The notes under the pieces were generated by a model. That model worked only from the letters and a program-made list of their open reading frames with translations. It did no database searches and was not told where the DNA came from. Source: Podarcis erhardii (taxonomy: Eukaryota). From it: DNA of 64,000 nt. The stretch is taken from assembly GCA_964252035.1 (NCBI GenBank), contig CAXUOO010000219.1; one strand, written 5' to 3'. This document shows, one piece after another, positions 36,301-48,233 of this stretch. The position numbers and the translations under genes are program-made. The stretch's first letter is position 1. The number at the start of each line of letters is the position of its first letter.

Positions 36301-39300
36301 GCACAATGCAGTGACACGACTGAAACGGTAGCAGTTGCATTATTGGAAACATGTTCCTTAAGCGAAAGAACCGTAAAGTCCTGCAATTTAGCGGCTCCAC
36401 ATTTTCAAGAGTGGTTCTGCTATGGAAAATTAGCCAAAAGCACTTTTTCAAAGGTGGTCACTTGAAAAGTAGAGAAGTTCTGGGGAAGCAGCGGTGCAAA
36501 GACAGCAGCGTAAGTATTATTGCAGTAAACGGGATGTGAGAATCTAGTAACGACTTGAATGAGCCTGACAGCAACCTGCAGCGCAGCAACTTTCCCGGAA
36601 CAACACAGATAGTAGCCGCATAGACATAGCATTAAAAAGAAAGCATAACTTGCAGCAGTCACATTGAAGTCTACGACAACCGCGCACGCTTAGGAGCACG
36701 AAGCGCGGAGACACATTGTACAGAGAACAGTTCAGAATACAACAGCATGTGACCGTGGTATTCCAGTAGATCTGTTTGGTAGTGATCTGCAGCGTTCATG
36801 GAAAGAAACTAATAAGTGTGGTAACGGCAACCCAGAAACAAGCATACGCAGGAGTCAACTAGGAAGAAAAAAAAGCTGCCTGTCAATAGGTAGCGATTAC
36901 ACAACCTCATTTCTGCTGAAAAATATATGTTTGTTAGAGCGACAAGTACACTAGCACTTTCTGGTAACGGCACTTTCTGGTAACGTGCACGAAACATACC
37001 CTCTGCACCACACATGTGGAATCAAACGCTTTAACTTTCTACTGAGGATTTCACCTTTGTGCTCCTGTATATTTTGCATGTAAACTAAAGCTTATACATT
37101 CTGTAGCGATGCTGCACAGCTGGTGGACAGAAAAGGGCAGGATATCGAGTGAGACTGCTCACATCTAGAACGAGAAAGCTCAATTCCACAATTGCAAAAA
37201 TAGGTCTCTGTTGCAGCTTCCGCCGTTGTAGTTTAAATAGTTCAGCAAAGACTCTCACCTTATTCGTGGAGGGGAGACAGTATTGTAGTGAATTTGAACA
37301 GAAACGCTGCTTGTATATCTGCGGGTGGTAAAGTAGCTCATGGCGATTATGAGACTTCTCGCACCTGCGATTTGAAATCCCGAAACGAATTTCACAACTG
37401 CCATGCATGGGATGAGACTTTACTTAAATAAACAAATGGCACTTTACTCAAAGTGCCGTCTTTCTTTCATCATGCATCCTAATCATATGCACGTAAGATT
37501 ATACAGAATACTGAAGAGTAAGTCTCTACTTGACAGATTAAAATTAACATATACAATTTCCAGACACACTACGGTCCAGAAACGTATGTGTGTAGTTGTG
37601 CGTGCACTAGTACTCCCGTAAAGATATGTTTGTTACATCAGTTTGCAAATATACGAAGTGGACCTCGCGAGAAATGTCGCTAGTTCTTGCACCTGTCGAA
37701 AACAAGAGAAACTTCTGTGTCTCTGAGCACCCCCTCGATGTCTGCAAATTGATATTTAATACATTTAGTTGTCCACATTCTTAATGTCTGAAAATAGGTG
37801 GATGTGTTTCAGTTTGCCCCATTTCCTGCACTTTTTGTAGATCAACCATCACACATATATAAACTAGATAAGACTGTTGATTGTGCTTTACGCAAGTTCG
37901 TGTACGAACATTAGGTGTGAACTCGTTGTCGACGATACAGAATAAGCTTCTTCAGTTTCAAAGCAAAACGAGTAAGCGCCCTGAGAAACACTCTGATACA
38001 ATATGCAGCGCCTATGATCTCATGCGGCGCAATATAATAATCAGCATATCATTCAAGAGACTGGGTAGGGACATTTATGGGTAGAAGGAATTTCTGCAGT
38101 ATCTTGTGCAGCTGAAGGAATACACTGGTGGGCCGTGCACTAGCGTGAGAATGTGTATGCAAATGCTTGTAATCCTCCTCTCACATGTATTCGAATACAA
38201 GGTTACACAAGCCCCGAGCTTACTTTTCTCCTTTGCTGCACTGGAGGGTAGGCGTGTCCAAGTCAAAATGTTCGTCACACTGCTCTGCCCGGTAGTTGAG
38301 AGGCACCCTAGAACACCAAAAAGAGCGGAGGCACATAGCTTTTTACAATGTAGCTGAATATCTGGACTTCAGCCCTTCTGCTCGTATACTTTTTGTATAC
38401 ATGTGGAACAATCAACGTCCAAATTCCCTTGTGTTTGTTAGGGTTATTCGTGTATTAGCAGCTTCGATGCGCGTGTGGGGGCGTCAAAGAAATTGCATGT
38501 GCATCTATGTACGGCAATTACTTATATATATATATATCTACGTATATATGTACAGGTGCACGTATTGCTCAACAAACGAATATGAACGCCTATATACTCG
38601 CGCACAAATGTACAGTAGGCGTCACCAGTGTAGCCTTTCAAGAGGGTAGACGTTACTGAATAAAAAAAAATTGGCAAATGCACGGCTGCTTGGGAGCTTA
38701 TGTAGATTTCTTTTTCGTCAGTCTTTTGTCGTCGACCACCACCCTACTAGCCGTTGAGCTACAGGTTTTGCACACACACTACATTTTCGTTCTTTTTATA
38801 CATCTATATACATATATATTTATACCAATATTGGTCTTTCGGTAGACTTCTATACATATACGCTTTGTACCTAAGTGTAAGACACAACGTAACGCGCAAG
38901 CGTACCTAAACCACTTGACTCTTTTCTATCGCTGCGGCAGGCATAGATCACTGCTCGATTCTGCGTACTCACGGGTCAGTCCGTATTTAGAACAACGAGT
39001 GGTAAAAAACCCTGTATAGAGCAAGAAATTGTATGTGAATTCCATCAGTAGATTCGCAAAGAAAAGCCTTTTGAAGAAGTATGCGACGGCACATGCGCGT
39101 ATCTAAAAGACGGCTAGTCTTAACCGCATAGCTTAGTAGAATTGACATGCTGAGACGATGTTACTCTTGCAAGTTCTGCGTCTCTGTGCAACGTTAGATT
39201 ACTGAAGAAATTTTTGCCAAACCTGCGCCTATCTCTGTAGTTGTGGTAGAACGGGCAGCTTTTCCTTTCGTGGAAAAAGCTACGAATCCTACAAGGGAAG

Positions 39301-41901
39301 ACTTTGAAAAGCCGAAGATTTAGCGACCCATCAGGCAGAAGCACACACAACCGGTCACCGGACAGAGCGAAAGCGCCTGCTGTTTGTGCAGGCGACAATA
39401 GCTTGCTCCAAGTGTCTGAAAATTCCACCTCTGCAGCAGGAGTACTACGTCTAGCTGGTGTAGTAACCAGCGACGCAGTAACGGTAGTAGAAGAATTACG
39501 CGCAGAATCGCCGACAAAAGCAGGAACAGAGCCATCAGCAGCAGCATTCGTAGACTGAACGGGAGCAGTGGTCATATCAGTCGACTCCGCGGTCAGGGCA
39601 GCTGTAAGAGTTTTTGCAACTCCAAGGGCTGCAGCGGAAGCAGGTCGAGCAGTTGATATCGATCCCTTAGCGTGCATGCCTGAGGTCATAAACACCACTC
39701 TCGCTTCGCTGGATATCGCCTGATCACCACGAGTCATGTGTTTATTTTTGTCTCCTTCTCTCCATCGAACACCTGCTGCATCTGAGAAATTGGAATTGCC
39801 CGCCGACTTTGGTGTTGTGCAAGGGTGTGGTTCTGAACCAGATTGTTTTAGGACATATATTTTCTTGTGAGACGTTCCATATGCATCCCGCTCTATCGAT
39901 TGGCTGCTCCTGGCGTTTTCTGCGTGTGAAGTTAGAGAAACCTGCTTTTTATTCGCTTTTGCATTCACCACGTATTCCTGAAGAACCGCGCTACGGCCGC
40001 CCTCAGCAATTAATGTTTTTTTGCTCGTTGATTTTGAACACTTAGTCGAAATATCAATTGTGGGGCTACGTAGAGACTCTGGCTCCAATACGTCAGCTGT
40101 TTTGCTGAAAAATGCTTTCTTTTGTGCATAACCACCATTCTGTACAATAAAAATTCTAGGACTAATTTTGGAGCACTCAGCAGCTCGAGCGATACAGTCG
40201 ATTTTCAAGCAGTTGGATGTTCTGCCACCGTTTTCAGGGTCAACCTCTATAGAGGTAGTGCTAGCACTTGGCTGCTGCTGCAGAGAAGGCTTTTTTAGGT
40301 CTTCTAGGAAACGTGTACTTCCTTTCGGTGTAGACGGCTTTGGACCGCGGATGCTGTTGTTGCTTCTCTGCCTGCAAGCAGAGGGATGGACAGCAGACAA
40401 TTTTTCCTCTATCGATTCTGCAGTTGTTTCATCTCTTTTTTGACAATGCCGTGCGACCTGAGGCTGCTTCTGCTGCTGTCTCTGTGGCAGCCGACTTCTT
40501 TGCCGTGCACCCCCTCGAAGCGGTTGCTTCTTGTTCTTAAAAAGCCACTGTGCAGAAATGTCCTCAGGCAATTTTCGGTCGCTCTCTCTACCGTAAAAAT
40601 TATAGAACGTATTCTTGCTTTGCCCTTCCTCTTCTGGAGCCACGGTTATCGACGAAGAGGCATTGTGACATTGGCTCACATCCTGCTTCCTTTTTTCGGG
40701 CTGTGTGGGTTGTTCTATAGAAAAAGAGGAATGCACCAGAGGTAAAAATGAAAGCATACACCAGTCTGCACAATTTGTGTAGGCGCGCCTTGATTCTTAT
40801 GTGCACAGGCTAGGGAGCGCAGGTGTGTTAAAGCAGAGTTTCGCAGACTGCCTTTCGTCACTCGGCATGAAAAGACGTTGATAAAACTGTACATCATCTG
40901 TAAAGGTATAAATGTGAAACTAATCGTGAAGCTCCTAAACCGCATGGTGTCAACGGTTTTACAAGTAACGGGAATGCAACCTTCCACCTGATCGTAGGAT
41001 CAGTGTCTTTCTCACTTGTTTCCATTCCAGAATTCTGATGCAAGGGCGTGATTACTGTGTGGCTCGTCTCTTTTTTCAAAGTAGGAGAACTATCCTTTCC
41101 AATTGCGTCATCCGTGCATGAACTCTGCTGCACTTGCTTCTGCTGCTCCTCATGCTTCCCTTTGACTTTGCTGCTCTCGGAGTGTCGTACAATACCTGGT
41201 GTGCTCGTTAGAATATCATGTGTCCGGCTGACCGCTGTTACGGAGTGTGCCTTTGGCGTAGCTGCTTTCGCAGCAGCAGCAGCAAATGTTTTTCCGGCCA
41301 TCAGAGTTACAGTCGCAGTTCCCGCCTTTGCCTGGTCACTTGGACAAACCTTAGCAAATGCAGCCCTACCTCTCGTCCAAGCTTTCAGAGGAGCTTCGAA
41401 TGCAGTGCTCGAAGCAGCGACCAAGGAAGGATCTGCCGTACCGTTTTTCAAGCCGCTGTGCGTAACACTTCTACTAACCCTACAGGCCCTGTAATTTACA
41501 TGCTGATGGGAGGGATGCACCGAGGACCCTCCGCCGGCTTCAAATGCAGTGTCCGATGTGTCAACTAGGTTTGCAGCCAGTTGACGCCGTGCGAGCTTCA
41601 TGGGTGCAACCGCTTTTTTTGCAGATCTGTAGTGCGCACAGGTCATTTCATCCACTAGCTCTGTATTTTCGCCCCCGTATACATCTACCTTTCTGGGGTT
41701 TACAACTCGAGAGCGGCGGCCAACAGCAGCGGCAGTTGTGACACAATCAGCAGTAGACTTATACACAGAGCGTCTTCCGCTCTTGCTAGAGGGGGGAAAA
41801 ATATGATCTGCTCCACGAGCGCGCAATCTTGAAGTTATAAAAGAGTCGTTACCGGATGCCATGACAGCTGTTTCTCGCAGCGCATGAATACTTGAAACCA
41901 T
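33395..41901 (-). CDS. Unkempt-like tandem CCCH zinc-finger RNA-binding protein, multi-exon. Model exons: 41901-41016, 40714-39223, 38307-38224, 37364-37259, 36103-35809, 34575-34500, 33849-33395; 3' end unresolved
   Basis: All introns are GT-AG with consistent phases. The spliced product has six fingers: FKVFPC..HERKSCPFYHNYRDRRR; YRAEQC..CSKGEKCEKSHNRHELLYHP; YKQRFC..CVRGAFCAFAH; FKTIWCPYGSQHDWRTCVYAH..DCRRSP; YGSEPC..CPYGARCSFSHGSKEQLYHP; YKTMPC..CPRGFLCAFYH. This matches the six-finger Unkempt layout (established family knowledge). Fingers 3, 4 and 6 need single indel corrections. Confidence 0.85.
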
Positions 41902-41914
41902 GATGTACACGGAG
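41885..41914 (-). repeat. Left arm of a 30-nt inverted repeat, containing the ATG (41901) of the zinc-finger gene
   Basis: Its reverse complement ctccgtgtacatcATGgtttcaagtattca matches 42513..42542 at 27/30 positions, with the first 17 exact. Confidence 0.85.
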
Positions 41915-42512
41915 CTATTCCCTAATCGTTGTTATTCGCCCCCCCCGTAGCTTTCTCTCCCCCTTATGCTTAATATAGCAGCGTTCTTGCCCCGAACAGA
42001 ACAGCTCGAAACTCAGATGTTCTGTCCACTCCTGCAGCTAAGCCGGCGCCGCTGCAGCTGCCGACGTAGAGCTCTAGCAGCTTTTAGCCCATTAATGCTC
42101 CTGCTGCGCTTGTGAAGGTGTTGTGCTGGTTTGCAGAGTGCACAGAACGGTGGGCGTCTGAAGTCACTACTAGAACAGGTCGAGTTGGAGAAACCTGTTG
42201 CTGTTTGAGTTTAAGTAAAAACTGAATTTTTGCCTGCCTCCATGGCGGGAAATGACCAATTTGAAGTGAGTGATCGAATAAGTAGACGGAAAAAGCACCT
42301 GTACCAGGGATGATAACGTGTGGAAACTGCGGAGGCTTTCACCGCATGAAAAAAAGCTCCAGCAATCGGATTGTATGGAAGCGAATATGAAAAAAGTTAC
42401 CACAAAGAATAAGGATCCGTGGTGAATTTTCACAAAAATGGACGTGACAAACCACACGAAATTGAACAAACTACAACTATAAAGCATGTATGGAGCATAA
42501 CTTATGTATGAA

Positions 42513-42542
42513 CTCCGTGTACATCATGGATTCAAGAACTCA
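42513..42542 (+). repeat. Right arm of the 30-nt inverted repeat, containing an ATG at 42526
   Basis: Sequence is ctccgtgtacatcATGgattcaagaactca; the spacer to the left arm is 598 nt. Confidence 0.85.
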
Positions 42543-43703
42543 CGCACGTGGGAAAATTGATTTCAGACAGGACTCCCTATTATATCTCTACACTTTTGTT
42601 TATTTGAGTAGCAATCCCTCTTACGATACCGCGTGAAGCAGTTGATACCATCACGCCATATATGACTTTCCTTCTCACACATAACAGTTGGCAGGAAAGA
42701 TTTTTTTGAACTAATTCCATGAACTCTATAAAATGAGGCAGCTTTCTGATCACTTGGGCTCGCTAATGGCAGCAGAGCTTGTCATTGTGATAAAAAGTTG
42801 ACATGAGCGCCTCAATTTAAAGTAAGATGTATTCACCGGGCTCAGCTGTTTCCGCTGGCCTAATGAAGAATTGAGAAAATGGTTGTGAAGTGCCGTATAA
42901 TGCAGTTTTTGCAAGCCTTCGAGGCTATATGCATTGACCGGCCGTCGGGCCGCAAGGATCTGACGGAAAAGAAGAGAAAAAAATTGTTCGACTTTGAAAA
43001 GGCTTGGGGCTTGTGATTCCATTTAACTGGTTGAGGACAGTTTCATGATTATATGTTTGGTGCCGCTATCATCGCAGTCACACGGGGCACACCTGCTTGA
43101 ATTCATATAATGGATGCTATCTTACTAAGCACAGAAGTAGATGTTTCCTTGATGGTTAGATTTTGAGTTAAACAAAGGACGACACGGTTTATCTGCCGAA
43201 AGCCCGTCATCCCTGGGATAAGGGAGCAGTTTTCAAGAAAACCTGCAAGAGTTGTGAAATTATTTTCTTTCTCCAAACTCCGGTATGTCACATGAATGAT
43301 TACTCCATATTGCCACCACTCGCGCATTCAATGCCGACACAAACAAGTTTAAGTGTAAAGGTAAGAGTGGGTCTGCACGCATTTTCTTCTACCGCATCAA
43401 AACCCCCCAACTTTACGCACTTTACTGCCACTGCAAACAAGACACGCTCTCTCCTACACTTGACCAACTACGCGTCATCTGGGAAAGAAGCACCGGGTGA
43501 CAGCGGAGGCACCATTTTGCCTTGCGGAGATCTCAATTAACCTTTATTTCCTGTCTCCCTTAAAGATATCCTCTTCCGCTGCCGCCCTGGCATCTTGAGA
43601 TAGAGCGGCACTTGAGGCCCCGTTGACCCTAGTGCCACTAGGTATAATGTTCATTCAAGGCATTGTAAATTCCAAAGGCCACCAGCATTTCGAATTGCTT
43701 CAG

Positions 43704-46700
43704 TGGTGGCAGATCTGGTGGACTTGGACGAGAACAAAGAGGTCGTCTTCAGAACCAACTTTGCTATTGAGCAGGTGCGGAACGTGCCACCGCCAACCCC
43801 GCCAAATGGGAAGATGCCGTACCTTTTAGGCCATAATCACACATTGATCAGTATCCCGCTTACTGTTTTTAGGTGCTTTATGTACTCAACAACCCATACG
43901 CTACGCTACATCGCGTGGATGAAAGTCCCACATGAAATGTTTTAACGCTTTTTCCGCTAGTCGAGTTCTCGGATGAAGGCAACTTCACGGGCTGCCTTCG
44001 ACTACTGCACGAGGCCAGATTCGATCAAATTTTGGTTTACGAGTTCTCTGGCTCTGAATCCAAAAAGGAAAACGGGAGTTAAACGTCTTGAGTTTGCAGA
44101 AAAAGTTGCACATTGAAAGACATTGAATTTGTTTTAGTAGGTGTAGACCTGTCTAACCCGCACGAAGGGAACAAAGACTTTATCATTTGACTACAGCTGT
44201 GTACATTGTCGGTGACAACGCAGAGAACAGATTACTGTATGAACATTCCAGGAAGTTCAAAGTAGGCTGTATTTTTGAAACATTTCCACGCACATCGGGT
44301 AGACTGCAGAAAGCGCCCGTGCATTATGGCTCGACTAGCGAGCGATACAGCCGAAGGTAAGGACGACGGTGACGGCGACCACGAAGCGCGCTCTTGAGAT
44401 CAAAACGCCCAAGATAAACGAATAAAATTTGAAGCATGAGAGGAACTGTGTATCGGCCTCTACACAAAAATCCCCAGGACAAGTGAAAAAAATACGCTTT
44501 TACACATGAAATAGCGTTGTAACCGTTGCGCGCCCTCTATGTAAAACAGCTTTTTCCAAACGCTAGCCGAACATGGAGCTGCGATGCTGGTGGCACGGTT
44601 ACACATGTCCTTGAACCTCTTCAGCACTGGCACATCGAATTTCTCGAAAGGTGACGAGTGAGACACGCTTGTACTCTCGCAGGTCTTCACCAGACAGCGC
44701 AACGCTTGCTGCAATATCTTCTGCGTGGGAAAGAAAGTGATAGTGTGAGGCCTCACATGGTCTTTTGTGATACATATTTGAACGCCGTGAGCATCAAAAG
44801 CAGCATAACTGCGCCAGCAAGCGTCATTCTCATTCACACCCGCCTTTGATAGGGGAAAACAGGCATCAAAAATTTGACCACCTTCCTCATAAATAAGGGA
44901 CTTAGAAATGTTGGCTGTCGGCTTTCCTGGTTGAGCTCCTTTTCGTGCCTTGGCGTTTACTGGAACCTCTCAGTAAAGCCATTTCTCGCGATGTAACACC
45001 ACTGCACAAGTTAGTCTGTTGTCTTGAGCACGAAAGGCTAATGCCGTTCCATACGTTAGCCGCTCTCAGCAATTCAAAAGCTTCTCGTTATCCATCGCTA
45101 GGACCTTGACGAAGCGCTGCGGATGCGTCAGCCTTTTTGAACGTCCGCTCGAAAATGATCACGTTGAAACTCAGCCGAAATCTACGGACGACCTCTTTCT
45201 GCTTGAACTACTGAACGAAAGCGAGTCTATACGTGGCGGCCCGTACTACCGCGGTTTCCGATAGGAGCATGAACTGCCTGCACAAACTTTTAGTCAAAAA
45301 CGACACACGACACGTCGTTCGCCTCTAATAGCTGAGTGAAAAATAGCAGGACACGCAGACACTCGGCTTAAACTTCGAGTTGCACATCAGCAGATCAACG
45401 GAGCTGCGTTAGAAATGTTTCCATGTTGATATCTTTTACGCATTCTTCTCTTCCTTGATTCTTTTCTACGTCAGAATTAACGCAGCCAGTACAACGGTGC
45501 ATATATTTCAGACCTTGGAGACTTTACCCTCTGCTTGGCACACGGGTGCCCCGCGAGTGCTAGAGAGAAACTATTGTGGGATAAAAAGCAGAATTCATTC
45601 TATGTCTGCCTTTCGGATGGGTCTAACCAACCTGTATTGTAGGAATTGGATGAGTAAATCGCAGCACGACATAAAGGAACCCAAGAACCTGAATTATAAG
45701 AAATCAACCGACTCTCATTTGAGTGTACACTTCCGAGCACGCATTCCCTTCAGTTGAAAGCACTCCGCGTTCCTCTCTTCTTTTTCAACGTTTAACTCCG
45801 TGTGCAGTTGATTTATACTTGGTTTTGTTTCAGCCACAATACAGTAATAACTTAGGCTTGATCACGGAAGCACGGATTTCTTGTACTCTCCATTTCTCAT
45901 CGCCGCTACATCACTCATTCTTTTTGTGCTCGCAAATTCCTCCAGTAGCCGCATCGACCCATAAGTTACTGCAGGATTATGTTCGACTCTACCACTGATC
46001 TACATCAAACAGTGCACACTTCGTGTGAAGTATGCATCCATTTCTATCAAGTGCACCTCATTTTAGGAGAACTCAACATTCAAACCGAAACCACATAATT
46101 GTCCTCAATTTCTCAAGCTTCGCCTCTGTTATGGTTTCGAATGCTCTGGCACATGATACACTCAACCTTCCACCAATCGCCTGGAAGTGATATACGAATG
46201 CATTCTTCATTCTGATTCACGCTTCACTTATAGCTGGTTTAGAAATTGTCCTGGTGACCATTTTTTGATTTCAACTCATTGTGGAAAGCGGTGTATGATG
46301 TCGGCAAGCACTTTATTTGACAGAAGCTGATTTTACCGTGAATATGCTGAAAAGACCTGGAAATAACAAATTTTCAAGTCATGGAGGTCATCAAACGAAC
46401 AGAAAGTTCTAGTCAAAACAGCCTCGATTAGTAAGAAGTACGAATCACACTAATTTTCGAGTAGGTAGGAAATATGATACTGCACCTGGTCACAGTAGGC
46501 TGTTCGGCGGTGCCGTGACGATGCCAATACCCCACTTCGTAATAGGGCCGAATATCTGGATATCTGGAGGCTTCTCAACGTCTCTCCACATTGCGTATGT
46601 TTGGTCAGTTCAACCAAGTATCAATTCAATAACTGGATATCTGCAAAGTTAACTTAGAAACTGATGGTGGAAGAAGGTAGATTTGATAAAATCTATCGAA

Positions 46701-48042
46701 TATCATTTGGTTTACCTCTCGAAAGCCAAGGTCAGTTTACAAAGGTTAGAGCATCGACAGAGAGGAGAATAGAGTCTACAACTCTTCAATCAAGAGGTGT
46801 GCCTCATCGTTGATGTGCATTCTGAAATTGAACTAGGTGGAGTATCTGATTTGTCTCCATATATATGCCTTCTCATATTGTTTTAGTATCATCAATCGTT
46901 CTATATATATAGCCCGTCCCACACCACGCTCAACAGGCCTTCGAGCGCAGCAGCAACAAAAGGTGGCCTGAAGGTATTCTACCCGTAAACAGCATTGTTT
47001 GTATCTCGCAGTTGGACATGCGCGCTTGCATCTAGCAAAGTGGTGCGACCTATTTTTACGTACGCAATAGTAATCTACAATGACGAGCAGGCTAATCACG
47101 CTGTGTGCTTTCTCAAGACGTACACAGAAAGTAATATCCATTTTTAGCAGGTCTTCTTAGGCTGGGAGCTTTGTCAAGGTGTGCCTTGGTATATACTACT
47201 ACGTCTGACTGCGGTGCTTCGTAGTGTCCTCATCACGGCTTACATAGTGAATAATTGACGTACGTATAATTGCGTCTACAGGAAATCCTTTTCGAGGATG
47301 TATGAAAGCGCTAAAGGTCACGTGGCAGAGAACGACAAAGATTGACCACCGCATTAAAGCGCAAACTTCATAGACATAGAGAAATTGTCGCGGGCAAATC
47401 ACTCCAAACTTTTTGCGCTGAACTTCGTCTTTTGTCATATCAACTTTTACGTCACTCGCGTGTGTGTATACATTTGTATATATATTTATATATGTATATG
47501 TACACTAGCAGGTCTTTGTATATTGATGACAGATTTTATAAGAGATATATTTGCATACATGTCTAGCCGTATAGTCCTAGTGTTCCAGTGGTACATACAT
47601 ATATATGTATATATACGCGTCCAAGCATTCATACTAAAGGATTAATTGTATATATATGACATAAGTATTGCATACGTTTCTTGACGTACAGGTATAAGGG
47701 CTTCATTGTTATATACAAGTAAATGTAAATGCACCACATTTGGTCGCGGTCTGAAGCCCAAAGTTATAGGCGGTGGATCGGGAAACAATCAGATTGAGTC
47801 GTATTTTTAACTAAGGTATTGTGTTGTACTAGATCTCGAGACATATTGATTTGGACAGCATATATATATATATATATATATATATTTTATATGCGTGGTG
47901 AAAGAGCACAAGGCTTGCGGGTTGTCTTTGCAATCGAGTTGTCGTCATCCAAGCCTGTTAAGATACAGTAAAGGACATGAGTATATAGCTGACTGTATAT
48001 GACAATTCAATGTGGATGTATGAAGGTCATGTATAATGTATG

Positions 48043-48080
<38 letters not shown>

Positions 48081-48183
48081 AATTTTGACCGGTTTACAAC
48101 CGAAACATATTAGCAAAAACAGCACACTATTTAGGGAAATATAAAATTACACATTTTCAGCTATCTGCGAGTACAAAGTAGTA

Positions 48184-48233
<50 letters not shown>

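Noticed and set aside
36955-36986. 16-bp tandem duplication gcactttctggtaacg x2
   Set aside because: Small intronic slippage event with no evident significance.
43000-47200. Degenerate LTR retrotransposon in the ORF-poor region
   Set aside because: No RT (YxDD), RNase H, integrase or LTR pair was recognised. The region is better explained by small spliced exons.
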